Part shown: positions 1 to 12,300 of the stretch, piece by piece | How the letters are laid out: the number at the start of each line of letters is the position of its first letter | Position numbering within the stretch: the stretch's first letter is position 1 | DNA from: Cyanidioschyzon merolae | Lineage: Eukaryota | Strand: one strand, 5' to 3' | DNA length: 64,000 nt | Assembly: GCA_000091205.1 (NCBI GenBank) | Contig: AP006501.2 | Position numbers and translations under genes: made by a program | Notes under the pieces: model-generated | Seen by the model: only the letters and a program-made list of their open reading frames with translations | Databases searched by the model: none | Told to the model about the DNA's origin: nothing

Positions 1-1391
1 TCCAAATACTGTTTGAAATGGCCTCCCCGAACGATATAGTCACGGACGTGCGGAAATGCCTCCAATTCGGGTGCAGCTATCATACGTTCGTAGAAGCCGG
101 CGATCCGCGGAACACGCGTACCCACCGGGCGCGTTCGCAATACCAATAAATGCGTACATCCATCCGCAAGAGCGCTTCGAAAGGGGATTGCTTCGAAAAG
201 AATCCCGTCCGCGTAGATATCGTCACCAATGGGAACGAGCGGCCCCGCGATGCCTGGAACCCGCGCGCTCGCCCTGAGGCACTCGCGCAGCTCCGCGTAG
301 GTACGGAACCCGTCGAACGCTACACTACGTGCGTGCGTGAGGCTGCTCGCCACCGGTCGGAGCGGCTGCACCGCATTGTTTTGGGCGAACTTGTTCCAGT
401 CTAATGGTTTGATATGAACCATTACTTCATCGAGAAGAAAGTCGAGATCGAGCACCGGTCGCGTCCGGCTTGACGAACGTAACGGTTGCCAGAGCGCTCG
501 CTTATTGATGAAACGATCGTTCGCAATATCCTCAAAGTAGACAGACGGTCCATAACCTGGTAGCTGCCGCGCAACGACGTAGGCACCGCAGATAGCCCCG
601 GCGGATGAGCCGAAGATCACATCAAAAGCGTCCGCGAACCCGAGGTATCCCAACGCAGCACACATCCCAGCGGCAATACTCCCGCGCATACCACCACCTT
701 CGATGACAAGTCCAATGCGGTAGGGATCGTGGCGTTGTCCGGGTCGCGAGCCGTGTGCTCGTCGTTGGTGCAGGGCCATTAACACCGGATCATCTGCGTA
801 GCTTTGCCAAGGATGATGCGGTTTGTTGGGGGCTTTTTCCCGCTGCAGCAAGAGACGCGGAATGAGACTCAGACTGGCGATGCGTGCTCGTCGCAAGAGC
901 GCTGTACGCAGGGGCGCTCCTGGTGCTGCTGGTGCTGCATCACTTGATGTGGCTGTCTTGTTAGCGCGAGTCGCCGTCTTTGGTGGTGCCGGGTTCGGCT
1001 GCTCCAAAGCCGCTTCCGGTTTCAGCGCGAAAACGAGAGCGCCTCGAGCAAGAAACTGCCGCTGGATAGAGAACCTCGTAAGCAGCCTGGACTGTTCACG
1101 TGCTCGGTTGCAGGCGTTGCTCTTGGGCCAGCAGCTGTGCCTCGTCTTTCCAAAAGCAAGGCTAGTACCCTGGAACTGAAAGCTCATTCGTGACAGCGGC
1201 CGTTGCGTGGCTCCAGTAGACGCTTCCGGTTCGTCCAAAGTGACTCGTGCTGCAAGGATATGAGCGCTCATTCGTGGCGGCAGTGATAGCGTGCTTGCCG
1301 AAGATGCATGTTTCTTGTACAAAACGGCTCGTGCTTCTAGGTGGCGCTCGAGCGACTGCCTGCTGCCGTCAACTGCACGCTCTCTCGCCAT
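1..1391 (-). CDS. patatin-like phospholipase (PNPLA family), 3' end runs off window start
   Basis: Hand translation of the minus strand gives an open frame from the stop at 1503-1505 down to position 1. It contains GGGMRG (oxyanion hole), GSSAG (GxSxG nucleophile) and ADG (catalytic Asp) in patatin order. Candidate start ATGs at 1391, 1271, 1187 or 779. The ORF track omits it because it has no in-window stop. Confidence 0.6.
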   Translation of the reverse strand, partial: MARERAVDGSRQSLERHLEARAVLYKKHASSASTLSLPPRMSAHILAARVTLDEPEASTGATQRPLSRMSFQFQGTSLAFGKTRHSCWPKSNACNRAREQSRLLTRFSIQRQFLARGALVFALKPEAALEQPNPAPPKTATRANKTATSSDAAPAAPGAPLRTALLRRARIASLSLIPRLLLQREKAPNKPHHPWQSYADDPVLMALHQRRAHGSRPGQRHDPYRIGLVIEGGGMRGSIAAGMCAALGYLGFADAFDVIFGSSAGAICGAYVVARQLPGYGPSVYFEDIANDRFINKRALWQPLRSSSRTRPVLDLDFLLDEVMVHIKPLDWNKFAQNNAVQPLRPVASSLTHARSVAFDGFRTYAELRECLRASARVPGIAGPLVPIGDDIYADGILFEAIPFRSALADGCTHLLVLRTRPVGTRVPRIAGFYERMIAAPELEAFPHVRDYIVRGGHFKQYL

Positions 1392-1878
1392 GCGCAGTCC
1401 ATCTACGACCAGTGTCAAACTTGAGCCTGTATGCTTGTTGCTGGATGCTCGCGCTGCTATCCGCACAACGAGCACCCTCCTGCGGATTGATATGTCTTTG
1501 TTCTACAAAGGTTTTCCGGACACTGCCTCACGCTGGACCCGTTTCTGTCGAGAGCCGTGCCTGCTGCTGCCAGCGCACTTGGCTTCGGATCTGGACGTGT
1601 TGGCGCAACCGCATCCGGCACCTGCTCTCCGTTGGCAGGAAACGGCGGGCTCGAATGCTCGCCTCCATCGCTGTGGTTGTGGAATCGACACGTCTCACGG
1701 GATATGCGGATGCGCGAATGCTACCGATATTTAGCCAAAAGAAGTAGATCCTTGGCAGTTGCTCCTGTACCCAACGAGGCCCAGCATGGTCGTCACGTCG
1801 CGCTCGGCGGTTCGATCCGGCGACAAGCCTGGAGCAACGCTTGGCGTGGGCGCTTGTCGCGCCGCTACATCTATGACT

Positions 1879-3247
1879 GATGAAAAGCGAACACTCAAGT
1901 GCGTATTCTGTTCCCGTCTTTGAGGTTTGTACGAAGTTGCTTTTTAGGTGTACAGCCTCGGCGTTCAAAGTGCAGCAACAAAGGGTCACGGATGTATGTA
2001 TCGTTTTCGAGGATGCTTGGTTGTGGTTTCGGAGCGGCGCGTTAGGCGCCTTGCACGCGGAATTCGCGACGTCATCGTAATCAAGACGATTCACAAAGCC
2101 CTGGAACAGCGCTTCGTAAAATAACCGGTCTTGTTATCTAGTTCATACGTACGAGACCGGGCTCTTCGCCCTTGCTTCCGTGTAACACGCCCAATTCACG
2201 CATGCTTCGAGTTTTTGGTCTATCGGTTTCGATGCCATATGTTGATGCAGCAACTCGTGCCGCTGCGCGGACGACGAAAAGCACCCGGCAACATGTCTCG
2301 ACGACCTCTGCACAAGCGCAAGCCGGACACACACTGAACGTGTCACGCCAAACAATCCGTGCTGTTCGAAAGCCAAATCCTCTGATCTGAGTGGCGATCA
2401 ACGGAACGGCATGCCACAGCGGTAGAATGATACCTGGCACGGAACGCGACTGCAGAAGCACCCGTCGCCTATGTTTGCGTAGGAGCGGGTGCTGGACCCG
2501 GACTGGACTGATCACAGCGATCGACTCGGGTGGAGCGTCGACGGATCGACGTCTCTCGAATTGGTTACAAGCCTGGATTCTGCAGTCTGTAGGTGTGTCA
2601 GCATGGACGCCCTCGTACTCCACAACCTGTTTATCGAATGGAAGAGCGTGCGCTTGCGTGTGCAGGTTACGGAGCACTCGCCGAGGCGATCGCCCGGACG
2701 TGGCAAGTGGTGTTACGGTACGGCACCAGGCGCGTAAACGGGGGATAGCACCGAGGGCAGCTTTCTGTACCAGCCACGAGCACGTACCGATCGACGAGGC
2801 AAGCGTTCACGCACCGCACAGAGCAGCCCTCGGAGGACAAGGGCGACAAGCGCGAGAAGAAGGAGGAAGATTCTTGGATGTTCGGTAACGTCCGACCGCA
2901 ATCGCGTGTCACCGTTGCAAAGCGCGCACCGAGCTAGCGTACAACGAAGCTGAACACGGCAAGAGAAGCGTCGATCGCCAACTCCGTCTGGGTGTCAAAT
3001 GCGTCGACAGCAGCCGGAACCCGCGAAACCGGAACCAGAACGCTACCACCAACATCCTTCGAGTGCTCACAAGGGAGCCATTTTGGAATGAAAGACCTGC
3101 GCACCTGACTCTGGAGACAGACGAGCGGTACCGGAAGCAGTCCCCGACAGCCATTGCCGCAGACTGTATCGATGCCATCGGGACGAGACCCAGTCCTGAG
3201 CGGATCCGCTTCTGGAAGTGAATCTGTCCAATTGTGCTCTAAATTGG
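1879..3247. repeat. left arm of 1369-bp inverted repeat flanking PGRL1
   Basis: Track ORFs in 2131-3402(-) recur almost residue-for-residue as ORFs in 4804-5982(+), e.g. 2909..3178(-) vs 4935..5204(+) with one R/P difference. DNA boundaries were located by hand alignment of reverse complements (outer at 1879, inner at 3247). Confidence 0.9.
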
Positions 3248-3682
3248 ATGTAGGGCATTGCCGCAACACGCAACGAATACGCCAGACCCAAGACTAGAAC
3301 GGAATCGGCCCAGCTCGTCGATTCCCATACGCGCAACTGCTTATCGAATGCATATTCTTTACAAGTGTCTCGGCAGACTGCCGCATACACACAGACTTGC
3401 ATGCACTAAGTAGAGCTACGGCTCGCATGCATCTCCTCCGCACAATTCTTTAAATCTACTGGGTAACCGTTCTCTATCGTAAAAATCAAGCACCCATAGA
3501 TTCATACGAGCCGCATCCCTACCTTTTGCGGGTAATGGCGCACTGCACTGCACTCAACTGCACTGCCCGCTCGCGACTCGTAACCGCCAAAGCATGTTGT
3601 GATGCTCCAGGTGCCGAATGCCGTCCAGGTTCATGCAACGGTGCCCGCGTCCAATATCTTGGATGACATCGCCCACAGAGGC

Positions 3683-4705
3683 CTAGTCCGGCGCACTGAG
3701 CTTCTTGCGATCTTGCGGTCTTGCTACGAGAAAGACCTTGCGTTGCGCCACATTGAAGCCGACGATAGCGCCGCAGCGTTTGCAGCGCCGCTCGTCACGC
3801 TTTCTATCCGAAGCGCTCGAGAAAAGACAGGTCACATCGTTTCCGCAATTAGGACAGGGTCCCCGGACTACCTCCGGAGAGCCCAAATCCAAATAGCTCA
3901 GCATTCGTGGCGTCAGGTAGTTGCTGAACCACGCAGTTACGACAGCGATGACCACGAAGAGCACAGACGCTCGAACGGCGACCTGATCATCGAACGTTAG
4001 CTGAATATGGCCGAGACAGATGAGATCAAGGAGCGCAAAACCCAGGATACTCGATAGGCAAAGCAGCACGGCGGGCGCGTAAAGAAGCAGCAGCTTGAAC
4101 CGATCCTCCACTGCGTCTCCGAAAAGCAGATACATAAGTCGTTTGTCCATCGACGAATCAGACTTGAGGATGCTTTGCATGTCGAGGGTGCTGGTTCGAC
4201 TCGCTCCCAGCTTGGCCTTGAGTCCGTCGAGCTCTTCGGGACTTAGACGCAGCTCGTTCAGGAGCCGTCTGTCCATGTCGCGTTGCTGCGCAGCTTGAAT
4301 CCAAACCTTCTCCAAGTCATTTAACCGAAGAGAACTAGAACCTAAATGTTCCAACTCGTCACGGAGAGTCTTGAATTCGCCGTCGGTGAGAACCGGGTTG
4401 CCTTCATAGTATGAGCGCAGCGCTTCAATAAACAGGTTCTCTAGGGCGCCTCTGTACTCACCGTCGTTATTGCCGTCGATGCGCCGAATCCATAAATGGT
4501 CGTCGTTTTCGAACGGTTCTCGTGATATGCTCATATGGTACCGTCGTGGACGCGAGAGCAGTCGCACGCTGGCACCACGGCAAACGGGAAACCGCGCAAT
4601 ACCAACGGAACACGCAAACGGGGCCGCGCACCGTCGAAAAGGCACACCTATGGTGCTTGTCAGCCAACACAGCGGTGCGTTGGAGCGGGACCCGGGCCTC
4701 CGCAT
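3683..4705 (-). CDS. PGRL1: PGR5-like protein 1 (PGRL1), cyclic electron flow around PSI
   Basis: 340 aa ORF. It has two adjacent hydrophobic helices followed by a C-terminal GPCPNCG...CKRCG double-Cys motif, and an N-terminal FIEALRSYYEGNPVLTDGEFKTLRDEL block that aligns to plant/algal PGRL1 (QALQSFYYDGK...NEEFDNLKEEL; LKGPCPNCG...VKCTNCG). N-terminal ~60 aa are R/S-rich, plausibly a transit peptide. Confidence 0.82.
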   Translation of the reverse strand: MRRPGSRSNAPLCWLTSTIGVPFRRCAAPFACSVGIARFPVCRGASVRLLSRPRRYHMSISREPFENDDHLWIRRIDGNNDGEYRGALENLFIEALRSYYEGNPVLTDGEFKTLRDELEHLGSSSLRLNDLEKVWIQAAQQRDMDRRLLNELRLSPEELDGLKAKLGASRTSTLDMQSILKSDSSMDKRLMYLLFGDAVEDRFKLLLLYAPAVLLCLSSILGFALLDLICLGHIQLTFDDQVAVRASVLFVVIAVVTAWFSNYLTPRMLSYLDLGSPEVVRGPCPNCGNDVTCLFSSASDRKRDERRCKRCGAIVGFNVAQRKVFLVARPQDRKKLSAPD

Positions 4706-4865
4706 GGCAGCGAGAACAACAACTGAAACGTTTCTGGCCTAAGTACAGCAAAACGCGGTGCACGTTGCCCAGCTTTGCGGAGAAGATCTCCTCTTGCAAA
4801 TGAATGAAAGGTGGTCGACGACCTGCCTACGGTGGCTGGCTGAGACTCCCGCGCACAGATTATAC

Positions 4866-6234
4866 CCAATTTAGAGCACAATTGGACAGATTCACTTCCA
4901 GAAGCGGATCCGCTCAGGACTGGGTCTCGTCCCGATGGCATCGATACAGTCTGCGGCAATGGCTGTCGGGGACTGCTTCCGGTACCGCTCGTCTGTCTCC
5001 AGAGTCAGGTGCGCTGGTCTTTCATTCCAAAATGGCTCCCTTGTGAGCACTCGAAGGATGTTGGTGGTAGCGTTCTGGTTCCCATTTCGCGGGTTCCGGC
5101 TGCTGTCGACGCATTTGACACCCAGACGGAGTTGGCGATCGACGCTTCTCTTGCCGTGTTCAGCTTCGTTGTACGCTAGCTCGGTGCGCGCTTTGCAACG
5201 GTGACACGCGATTGCGGTCGGACGTTACCGAGTATCCAAGAATCTTCCTCCTTCTTCTCGCGCTTGTCGCCCTTGTCCTCCGAGGGCTGCTCTGTGCGGT
5301 GCGTGAACGCTTGCCTCGTCGATCGGTACGTGCTCGTGGCTGGTACAGAAAGCTGCCCTCGATGCTATCCCCCGTTTACGCGCCTGGTGCCGTACCGTAA
5401 CACCACTTGCCACGTCCGGGCGATCGCCTCGGCGAGTGCTCCGTAACCTGCACACGCAAGCGCACGCTCTTCCATTCGATAAACAGGTTGTGGAGTACGA
5501 GGGCGTCCATGCTGACACAACTACAGACAGCAGAATCCAGGCTTGTAACCAATTCGAGAGACGTCGATCCGTCGACGCTCCACCCGAGTCGATCGCTGTG
5601 ATCAGTCCAGTCCGGGTCCAGCACCCGCTCCTACGCAAACATAGGCGACGGGTGCTTCTGCAGTCGCGTTCCGTGCCAGGTATCATTCTACCGCTGTAGC
5701 ATGCCGTTCCGTTGATCGCCACTCAGATCAGAGGATTTGGCTTTCGAACAGCACGGATTGTTTGGCGTGACACGTTCAGTGTGTGTCCGGCTTGCGCTTG
5801 TGCAGAGGTCGTCGAGACATGTTGCCGGGTGCTTTTCGTCGTCCGCGCAGCGGCACGAGTTGCTGCATCAACATATGGCATCGAAACCGATAGACCAAAA
5901 ACTCGAAGCATGCGTGAATTGGGCGTGTTACACGGAAGCAAGGGCGAAGAGCCCGGTCTCGTACGTATGAACTAGATAACAAGACCGGTTATTTTACGAA
6001 GCGCTGTTCCAGGGCTTTGTGAATCGTCTTGATTACGATGACGTCGCGAATTCCGCGTGCAAGGCGCCTAACGCGCCGCTCCGAAACCACAACCAAGCAT
6101 CCTCGAACACGATACATACATCCGTGACCCTTTGTTGCTGCACTTTGAACGCCGAGGCTGTACACCTAAAAAGCAGCTTCGTACAAACCTCAAAGACGGG
6201 AACAGAATACGCACTTGAGTGTTCGCTTTTCATC
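4866..6234. repeat. right arm of 1369-bp inverted repeat (reverse complement of 1879..3247, ~99% identical)
   Basis: Same as left arm. About 12 single-residue differences across the paired ORF translations. Arms diverge abruptly at 4866 and 6234. Confidence 0.9.
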
Positions 6235-6811
6235 GAACATTCATCTGCGCTCGCTTCGACTCTGGAACGCAGGACAGTCGCGTCAATGAAACAGTACTGT
6301 TCGTGGATTTGTTCAGGATGCGTTCCAAGACATCGAGCGGAGCACTGCAGGAGTTTGACGCGAATCGGCCGGTAGGCTTGGCACCTGCAAGGTCGCAGGA
6401 TAGATCTCGCGTTGGTTCTTAACCAAAATACTGCACTGGGGTCCCGAGTGCGCGGGAGCTTACCTTTGCGGACGACTGTCCCCAACCTGGTCATTGATCG
6501 CATTTGCGTGTCTACGCGGGCGTCTGTTCACATTCATGAGACTCACACCTTCAAATAAAGCAAATCGGAGGCCGAGTAGCCTATACGGTAGCGGCAGGCA
6601 GGCCAAATGCTGATTTGGTGAAGCTCAGCCTCAGAGTGCCCGCGCGACTGAGGCCTGTATTCGCGATCGAGCATGCGACTCCGACATCCTGGCTAGCAAA
6701 TGAGTGTCGGATAATCATGGAGGTCGGTCAAGCGAACACATTGCATTGGGCATCATCGGGGCTTATCAGATCATCATCGGGTCGCTGACGAGGGGCCCAG
6801 TTCGCCCAGCG

Positions 6812-7789
6812 CTAGGGGAGCGATGGCAGCACACCCCAAGAGTCGTCCGCCAACGCGCCGACTCCTGGGCTACGCTCCTCACGAACCGCTCGCAGTGCTG
6901 TGGGCTCTATTGATTCTGTGCACTTTCGTCGCTCGCGAAAGAATCGCCGAAGTAATGATGCGGATTCGTTCGCCAACACCCCGGGAATGATCTCCGAGAA
7001 ACGATGGAACGGATGCGGTGGTGCTACCGTCAATAGTGGAACATACGATTCAATAGCACCTAACCGCAGACCTGGTGCTCCATAGACCAGTCGCGTTACT
7101 CGCGCCAATTGCATGGCGCTGAGACACATAGCGCACGGCTCTAGAGTACAGTAGAGCGTCACATGATACGGAACGGGATGATCTCGACTGCCAGCGCGGT
7201 TCAGTCGCCATGATCGGAGCCGTGCCGATGCCGCCCGTAAACATTCGATCTCAGCGTGTGCTGTGGCATCACAGCACTCCTCAATACGATTCCGACCGCG
7301 TGCCAGAATCACGTCCGGTGCGTCAGTTTCTGGTCCATTTCGCACAACCAAAAGAGCACCAACTGGCACCTCATTGTTCGTGTATGCCTCCTCGGCGAGC
7401 GCAAGAGCCATACGCATGTAGTGCTCGTGCGGTTCAGCTGCAACATTTCTACGAACGGACCCTGCACTCGGCGCGGGTATGCGATACTCGAGGCTGGTGG
7501 GCGTGCTCCGAGCAAGAGCCGCACGCTTGCAGGTAAGCCGGCAGTGCGCAGCCTCCACGCGTTCTCCGACTGCGTGCAGATGACCCTCTGTCTCTCGCGG
7601 CAAGTTGAGACCATCTTTTCGCTCGTTAAATTGAGGATCAGAAATGCATAAGCTAGCGCTGGGGCGGCGATTGATCGACGCCCTCTTTGGAGTCTGCCTT
7701 GTGCTGCTGCTGCTGCTCGTGCGCCGTCTACAAGCAAAGCTCAGCGTGCTCACGATAGAGAACGAGCACCTGTGCACTTTCGGTAACAT
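6812..7789 (-). CDS. cytidine/deoxycytidylate deaminase-family protein, tRNA adenosine deaminase (TadA/ADAT2)-like
   Basis: HAEIECL...PCAMCLSA zinc-binding deaminase motifs (H-A-E and PC-x-x-C). Long S/T/R-rich N-terminal extension suggests organellar targeting. The true start may be an internal Met. Confidence 0.72.
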   Translation of the reverse strand: MLPKVHRCSFSIVSTLSFACRRRTSSSSSTRQTPKRASINRRPSASLCISDPQFNERKDGLNLPRETEGHLHAVGERVEAAHCRLTCKRAALARSTPTSLEYRIPAPSAGSVRRNVAAEPHEHYMRMALALAEEAYTNNEVPVGALLVVRNGPETDAPDVILARGRNRIEECCDATAHAEIECLRAASARLRSWRLNRAGSRDHPVPYHVTLYCTLEPCAMCLSAMQLARVTRLVYGAPGLRLGAIESYVPLLTVAPPHPFHRFSEIIPGVLANESASLLRRFFRERRKCTESIEPTALRAVREERSPGVGALADDSWGVLPSLP

Positions 7790-9303
7790 GACACACCTTT
7801 TAGAAATCTTAGAACAATTATCGTCACTTTTCCGCGCCTAGCACACTAGCGGCTACACGGGACGTTCGCATAGACGATCGTCTTGAACGGCCACGGTCGG
7901 TCAGCGGTAAGCGCTCAGGTTGCCGCATGCGATCGTAGGCGGGCTAGGCGAGGCGCCACGGTAGCTGCCTCACGAGTCTGGGTGCGGCGTACGCTTCTTG
8001 CGTTTGTGAACCGTGAATCAACGAGACTGGTGGTGGAGCTCCATGAGCATGAGTACATCATGCGGATACGATGATGTAGACTTTAAGAGCGCGCTCCACT
8101 GGTTGGCAGGAGAGCCCCGTAAAAGAAGTACCGGGAGAGAATGGGCGGGTACGTTTATCAGCTCCGAGCGGTATCCAGGGAAAGGTCATCGAAGCGCGGT
8201 AACGATGGAGTAACGCGACTGTCTCGATTACGGGTGTCGCTACCTGTCCTTGAGAGTCTCCGTGAATCCGTAATGTTTGTACAATAGCGTGGTAGGTCCG
8301 CAGTCCATGGAAAGCTCCTGTTCATCGCGAGTAGTATCTCTTTGTTTTGCAGATGCACAGACAATCGGTTGGATGCTTCGGCTTTAGTTGCGGGAGATCT
8401 GCACCCAGGAGAGTCATTTGCGCCAGCCATGCTCCATTCGCCCACGTTCTCGTGCGGTGCGAGTGTGGTACAACCGTTGCATGAGAGCTCGCAGCGTGCC
8501 CGCAGCGGGTGCGCATTGCGAGACCTTGATCCCGCTTCCCGTCTTGGTCTTGTGAAGCGGTTCCTGTAACAGAACGTGTCATGCTTTTGCTTTTCGTAAA
8601 AGGTGATCAACAGATCGCCATCTCCCATTGACCGCAAACACGTTCCAAGCATTCCGGTTTTTGGCGCAGCATGCACATACCCCTTTCTTTCCGTATTGCT
8701 TTGCCATCTGCGTACCGCAGTACGACTGGCCTAAAGTACGAATGCAGTCCTGCTTACACTGTTCAGAAAAGAATACATATCCGACATCCAATTCGTCTTC
8801 GATCTATGCGGTGTATCGCAGAGCGATGTCGATCCCTGCTATGCCTCGCGAACTAGCATTCGATTCTACACCGCGAAATTGGAATGAAATTGAGTTGAAA
8901 TTCTAAGGATGTTCACCGTGGCGGCCGCGCGGCGCCCAAAAATCTCCGGGCACAACGTCGCGTGGAGCGTCCGCCGCCGATAGCGCCACCGCCGCTGCCA
9001 CGTGTGCGGATTCGCTGCTTCTAGGGTGCACGCCTCTGCAACGGAACCTGTTCCACTGGATGCAGTCGCGGCAGCTGCAACTGCTACGTGGACGCGTTTA
9101 GGAGCGTTCTATGTGTTTCATGGTTGATTCCGTCATGATCGCCCACTGAGCATATTGGGACGAGAACGTTTGCCCCTCTCTCGTATTCTCAGTTCTGCTG
9201 GGCACAGGCAGTACTGCTTGAGCGTGTGCGGGACAGGCCCGAGCTGGGCGCTTCGAGGCGTTGAGGAGGAGCTCGGTGCCAGCGAGCGCTTCACGAGGGC
9301 GTC

Positions 9304-12300
9304 TTGAAAAGTTTTCCTGGTCTGGTGCGAGAATCTTCATTTATGGTGGCGGTAGGCAAGTTTCTCGTGAGGAAAATCCGTAGTTTTTTTGGCGCGGTTG
9401 ACCGCGCGCTCTTCTTCATTACGTGTTGGATCTCCGTGAACCCGGTACGCGAAACGAGCCTCTCTGAACAAGACGAGCTTGTCGATGGAGGAAACCTATT
9501 CCTGACTCGGCTGGAGAGCGGCCTAGAACCGAAGCTACGTCATTCTTCCGTACAGAAGATACGTGGTGATGAGGCGCTAGCTGGAGGCATCGCACCTGGG
9601 CACGATGTGTCAACCAAAGGGACATGCTCGGGGCCACATGACCTGCCCCAAAAGCCAAGTGATGCCGCGCGTTTTCCAACGTTTCGTGCTGCGCAGAAAG
9701 CGACGAAGGATGGACGGGGGCCGTCTCTCGACAAGCACCCGGTTGTGGACGGACGTTCCTCGCCAGCTGCGCACGGCGCGCGACCAAAGCATGCGCGTAC
9801 CCCCACGAGAAAAGTGTGGCGCCAACATCGCTTTCGACGTGTCGACGCTGATGCTGTCGACGATGCTTATCCCAGAAATAAAGCACCGGCTGCACCGAGC
9901 GAGACATTTTCCCGTACGGACACCAAGCAATGGATCCGAGAAATCCGGGATATCTACGCGAGTCGTATTTCGTTTCCGCGGCACAAGTACGAGGTATTCC
10001 GCCCTTCGCAGCTGAATTTTGTAGTCATCACGCTTTGGGGGCTCATCTTTGTAGCGGTAGCGCTCGTGATTGCTGTCATTATTTACACGCGCGCGGTGAA
10101 CTCCGATTACTTTCTTTATTCAACAACGTTTCTCTATGTGGCAACAATTGGCAGCATGACCGAATCTGCAATATCCCTTCTGCTTTACCTGTTCTTCTAC
10201 GCGCGAGTCGCCCTGGTGCCGGCACGGGAACGCACACGCATCCAGTACGTCATCGCTGCGATGACGCTGGTGCTCTTCTGGCAAACTGAGCCGTTGACTG
10301 CTCTGCTCCGACTCGCTGATAAGGGTCGACTGACAACCCGTGTGCCGCGAGTAGTTGTCGCGTTCCAGTTAGTAGGCAACTCTGCGTTTTACATCGGTAC
10401 CATTGGTTTCATGCTTGTTGTCTGCCACCTTTACCGAATTCGCGAAACGCTGCCTCTTAACTGGCTGATCTTCTTGGGTCCCAAACTTGTTCTCGTTTGC
10501 ACACTCCTGGCGCTCAGCTTTGTACTGTTTTTCGTTGGTCGTGTGATGCCGTCACGCTTGCCGTTGCTGTCGCTCATCGCTCTAGCTCGTGCGGGACGCG
10601 CAACAGGTCTCTGGGCTCGGAAAGCACTCAGCATCGTTGCGGTGCTTACGTTGTGTGAGCTCTACGCGCTCGTTGCGGTCCTGTACGAGATCCGCCGCAC
10701 CTGGCGCTGTTTGAACACAGAGCCGTACACCACGTCGCGGGCGCGACAACTCGGATTCCGGCTCTTTCTCTACACCACCGGCTTGGCGTATTTTGTTTTA
10801 TGGATACTCTTAATCCTTATTGTTTCCATTTGTCCTATGAGTTTCAGTATCGCTTACTACTACATCATGCTCTCATATGATCGGCTTCCATCCTTCTACA
10901 CCGACAACAGTCGAGTAGAACGCTTTCTTGCCTCTGTTTACTTCAATCCGCTCTTTTCGTCCTCTCTGTACTTTATTCTGAATTCCATCACCATCGCGAT
11001 AATGATTTGCAATGTACTGATTTACTTGCCTCCGGAGACACCCGCACTGTTCGCGAAAATCGTCTGTTGCCTCGCTACGAGCCGCAAAGACGTTCTGTCT
11101 AATTATCTGTGTTGTCGCGATGAGCCGCGACCGTTCTTCCGCTGGGGTCCACGCCAAACCTCCCACGGTACCGTAGATGCACCGCCGTCGATCGCTTCGT
11201 TGCCAACTGGACAAGGCGTGACGCGCTGCGACGCATACCCGGTCTCGTGTCCGATCGAGGCTCAAGTACAGGCACCGAACATCATGGCACCGGTGGGTTC
11301 TTCAAAGCCCGTTGCCGGAACTTCATTGGATACGCTGACGACGAATGATGCCACCATGGCGAGCACCAACGAAAACCAGTTGCATCGGGCTCAAGCAGGA
11401 CTCTGGAAGCCCAACGGGGATACGCCCTCGAGAGACTCTGGTACTGCGGGCGCATTAGCAACCCGTATACCCGTGTTGCGACGCTACGTGTTCTCTGTCG
11501 AGACCATGGTGGAGCAGTTCAACCTATCGTGGCTCGCCTACGTTCTAGATCCTGCAAGGTGCTCTGGGCGTTTCATCCAGTCGCAACGTTTCTGGCGCGA
11601 CTCGCTTGAACTCTTCTACGACGCCGCCACCGATACGCTGGGATACATCCTGGAGGCCGACGATCGCATCGTTCTTTCGTTCCGCGGGACTCGTTCCCGC
11701 CGCAACCTCCAAACAGATATGCAGACTCGTCTGGTGCCTCTGCGCTTCCCGAACGGGGATATGGATCACGCTCTCTATCAGTACCTGCTCCGTTGCGGAA
11801 AGTACTACAATCGAAAAGATGCCCGCTGGAGTCCAGTAATGCACATCTCCGATACGGCACTGCGACTAGAGCGGTACCTTCGATTTCGCGCTCGCTCCGA
11901 CCGACCGCGGGTGCACGAGGGTTTCCTTGCCAGCTACCTCACGTTGTGTGAAGCGCTTGAGCGAGCGCTGACCCAGCGCTATCAAAGGAATCCCCGGCCG
12001 GTGCTCATCTCTGGTCACTCGTTGGGCGGGGCACTCGCGAACCTCGCTGCGCTGCATCTCGCCATTCACCTGCAGCTTGGTCAAGACTCGTTGATGTTGA
12101 CGACCTTTGGCTCACCACGAGTAGGCGACCTCCATTTTGCGCGACTGCTGGACTATTTGGTGCCCATTCATTTCCGTGTGACGAATGCTGCCGATGTTGT
12201 GGCACGGCTGCCGTTCACGGGCCTCGGTGGATGGTTCGCCTGCGGGGGCGCAGCGTACGCCCACGCTGGAGTCCAGGTGCTCTTGAACAAGCATGGACTG

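Noticed and set aside
2131-5982. Mirror-image sets of 60-180 aa ORFs on both strands of the inverted-repeat arms (e.g. 2391..2888 vs 5225..5722)
   Set aside because: They are the same sequence read in reverse complement. None has recognisable similarity, and they overlap each other in all frames. They are treated as non-coding arm sequence, not genes.
1879-6234. Interpreting the large inverted repeat as a plastid-genome IR
   Set aside because: Neighbouring genes are nuclear (exportin-1, spliceosomal GTAAGT introns, organelle presequences), GC is ~57%, and the arms lack rRNA/tRNA genes.
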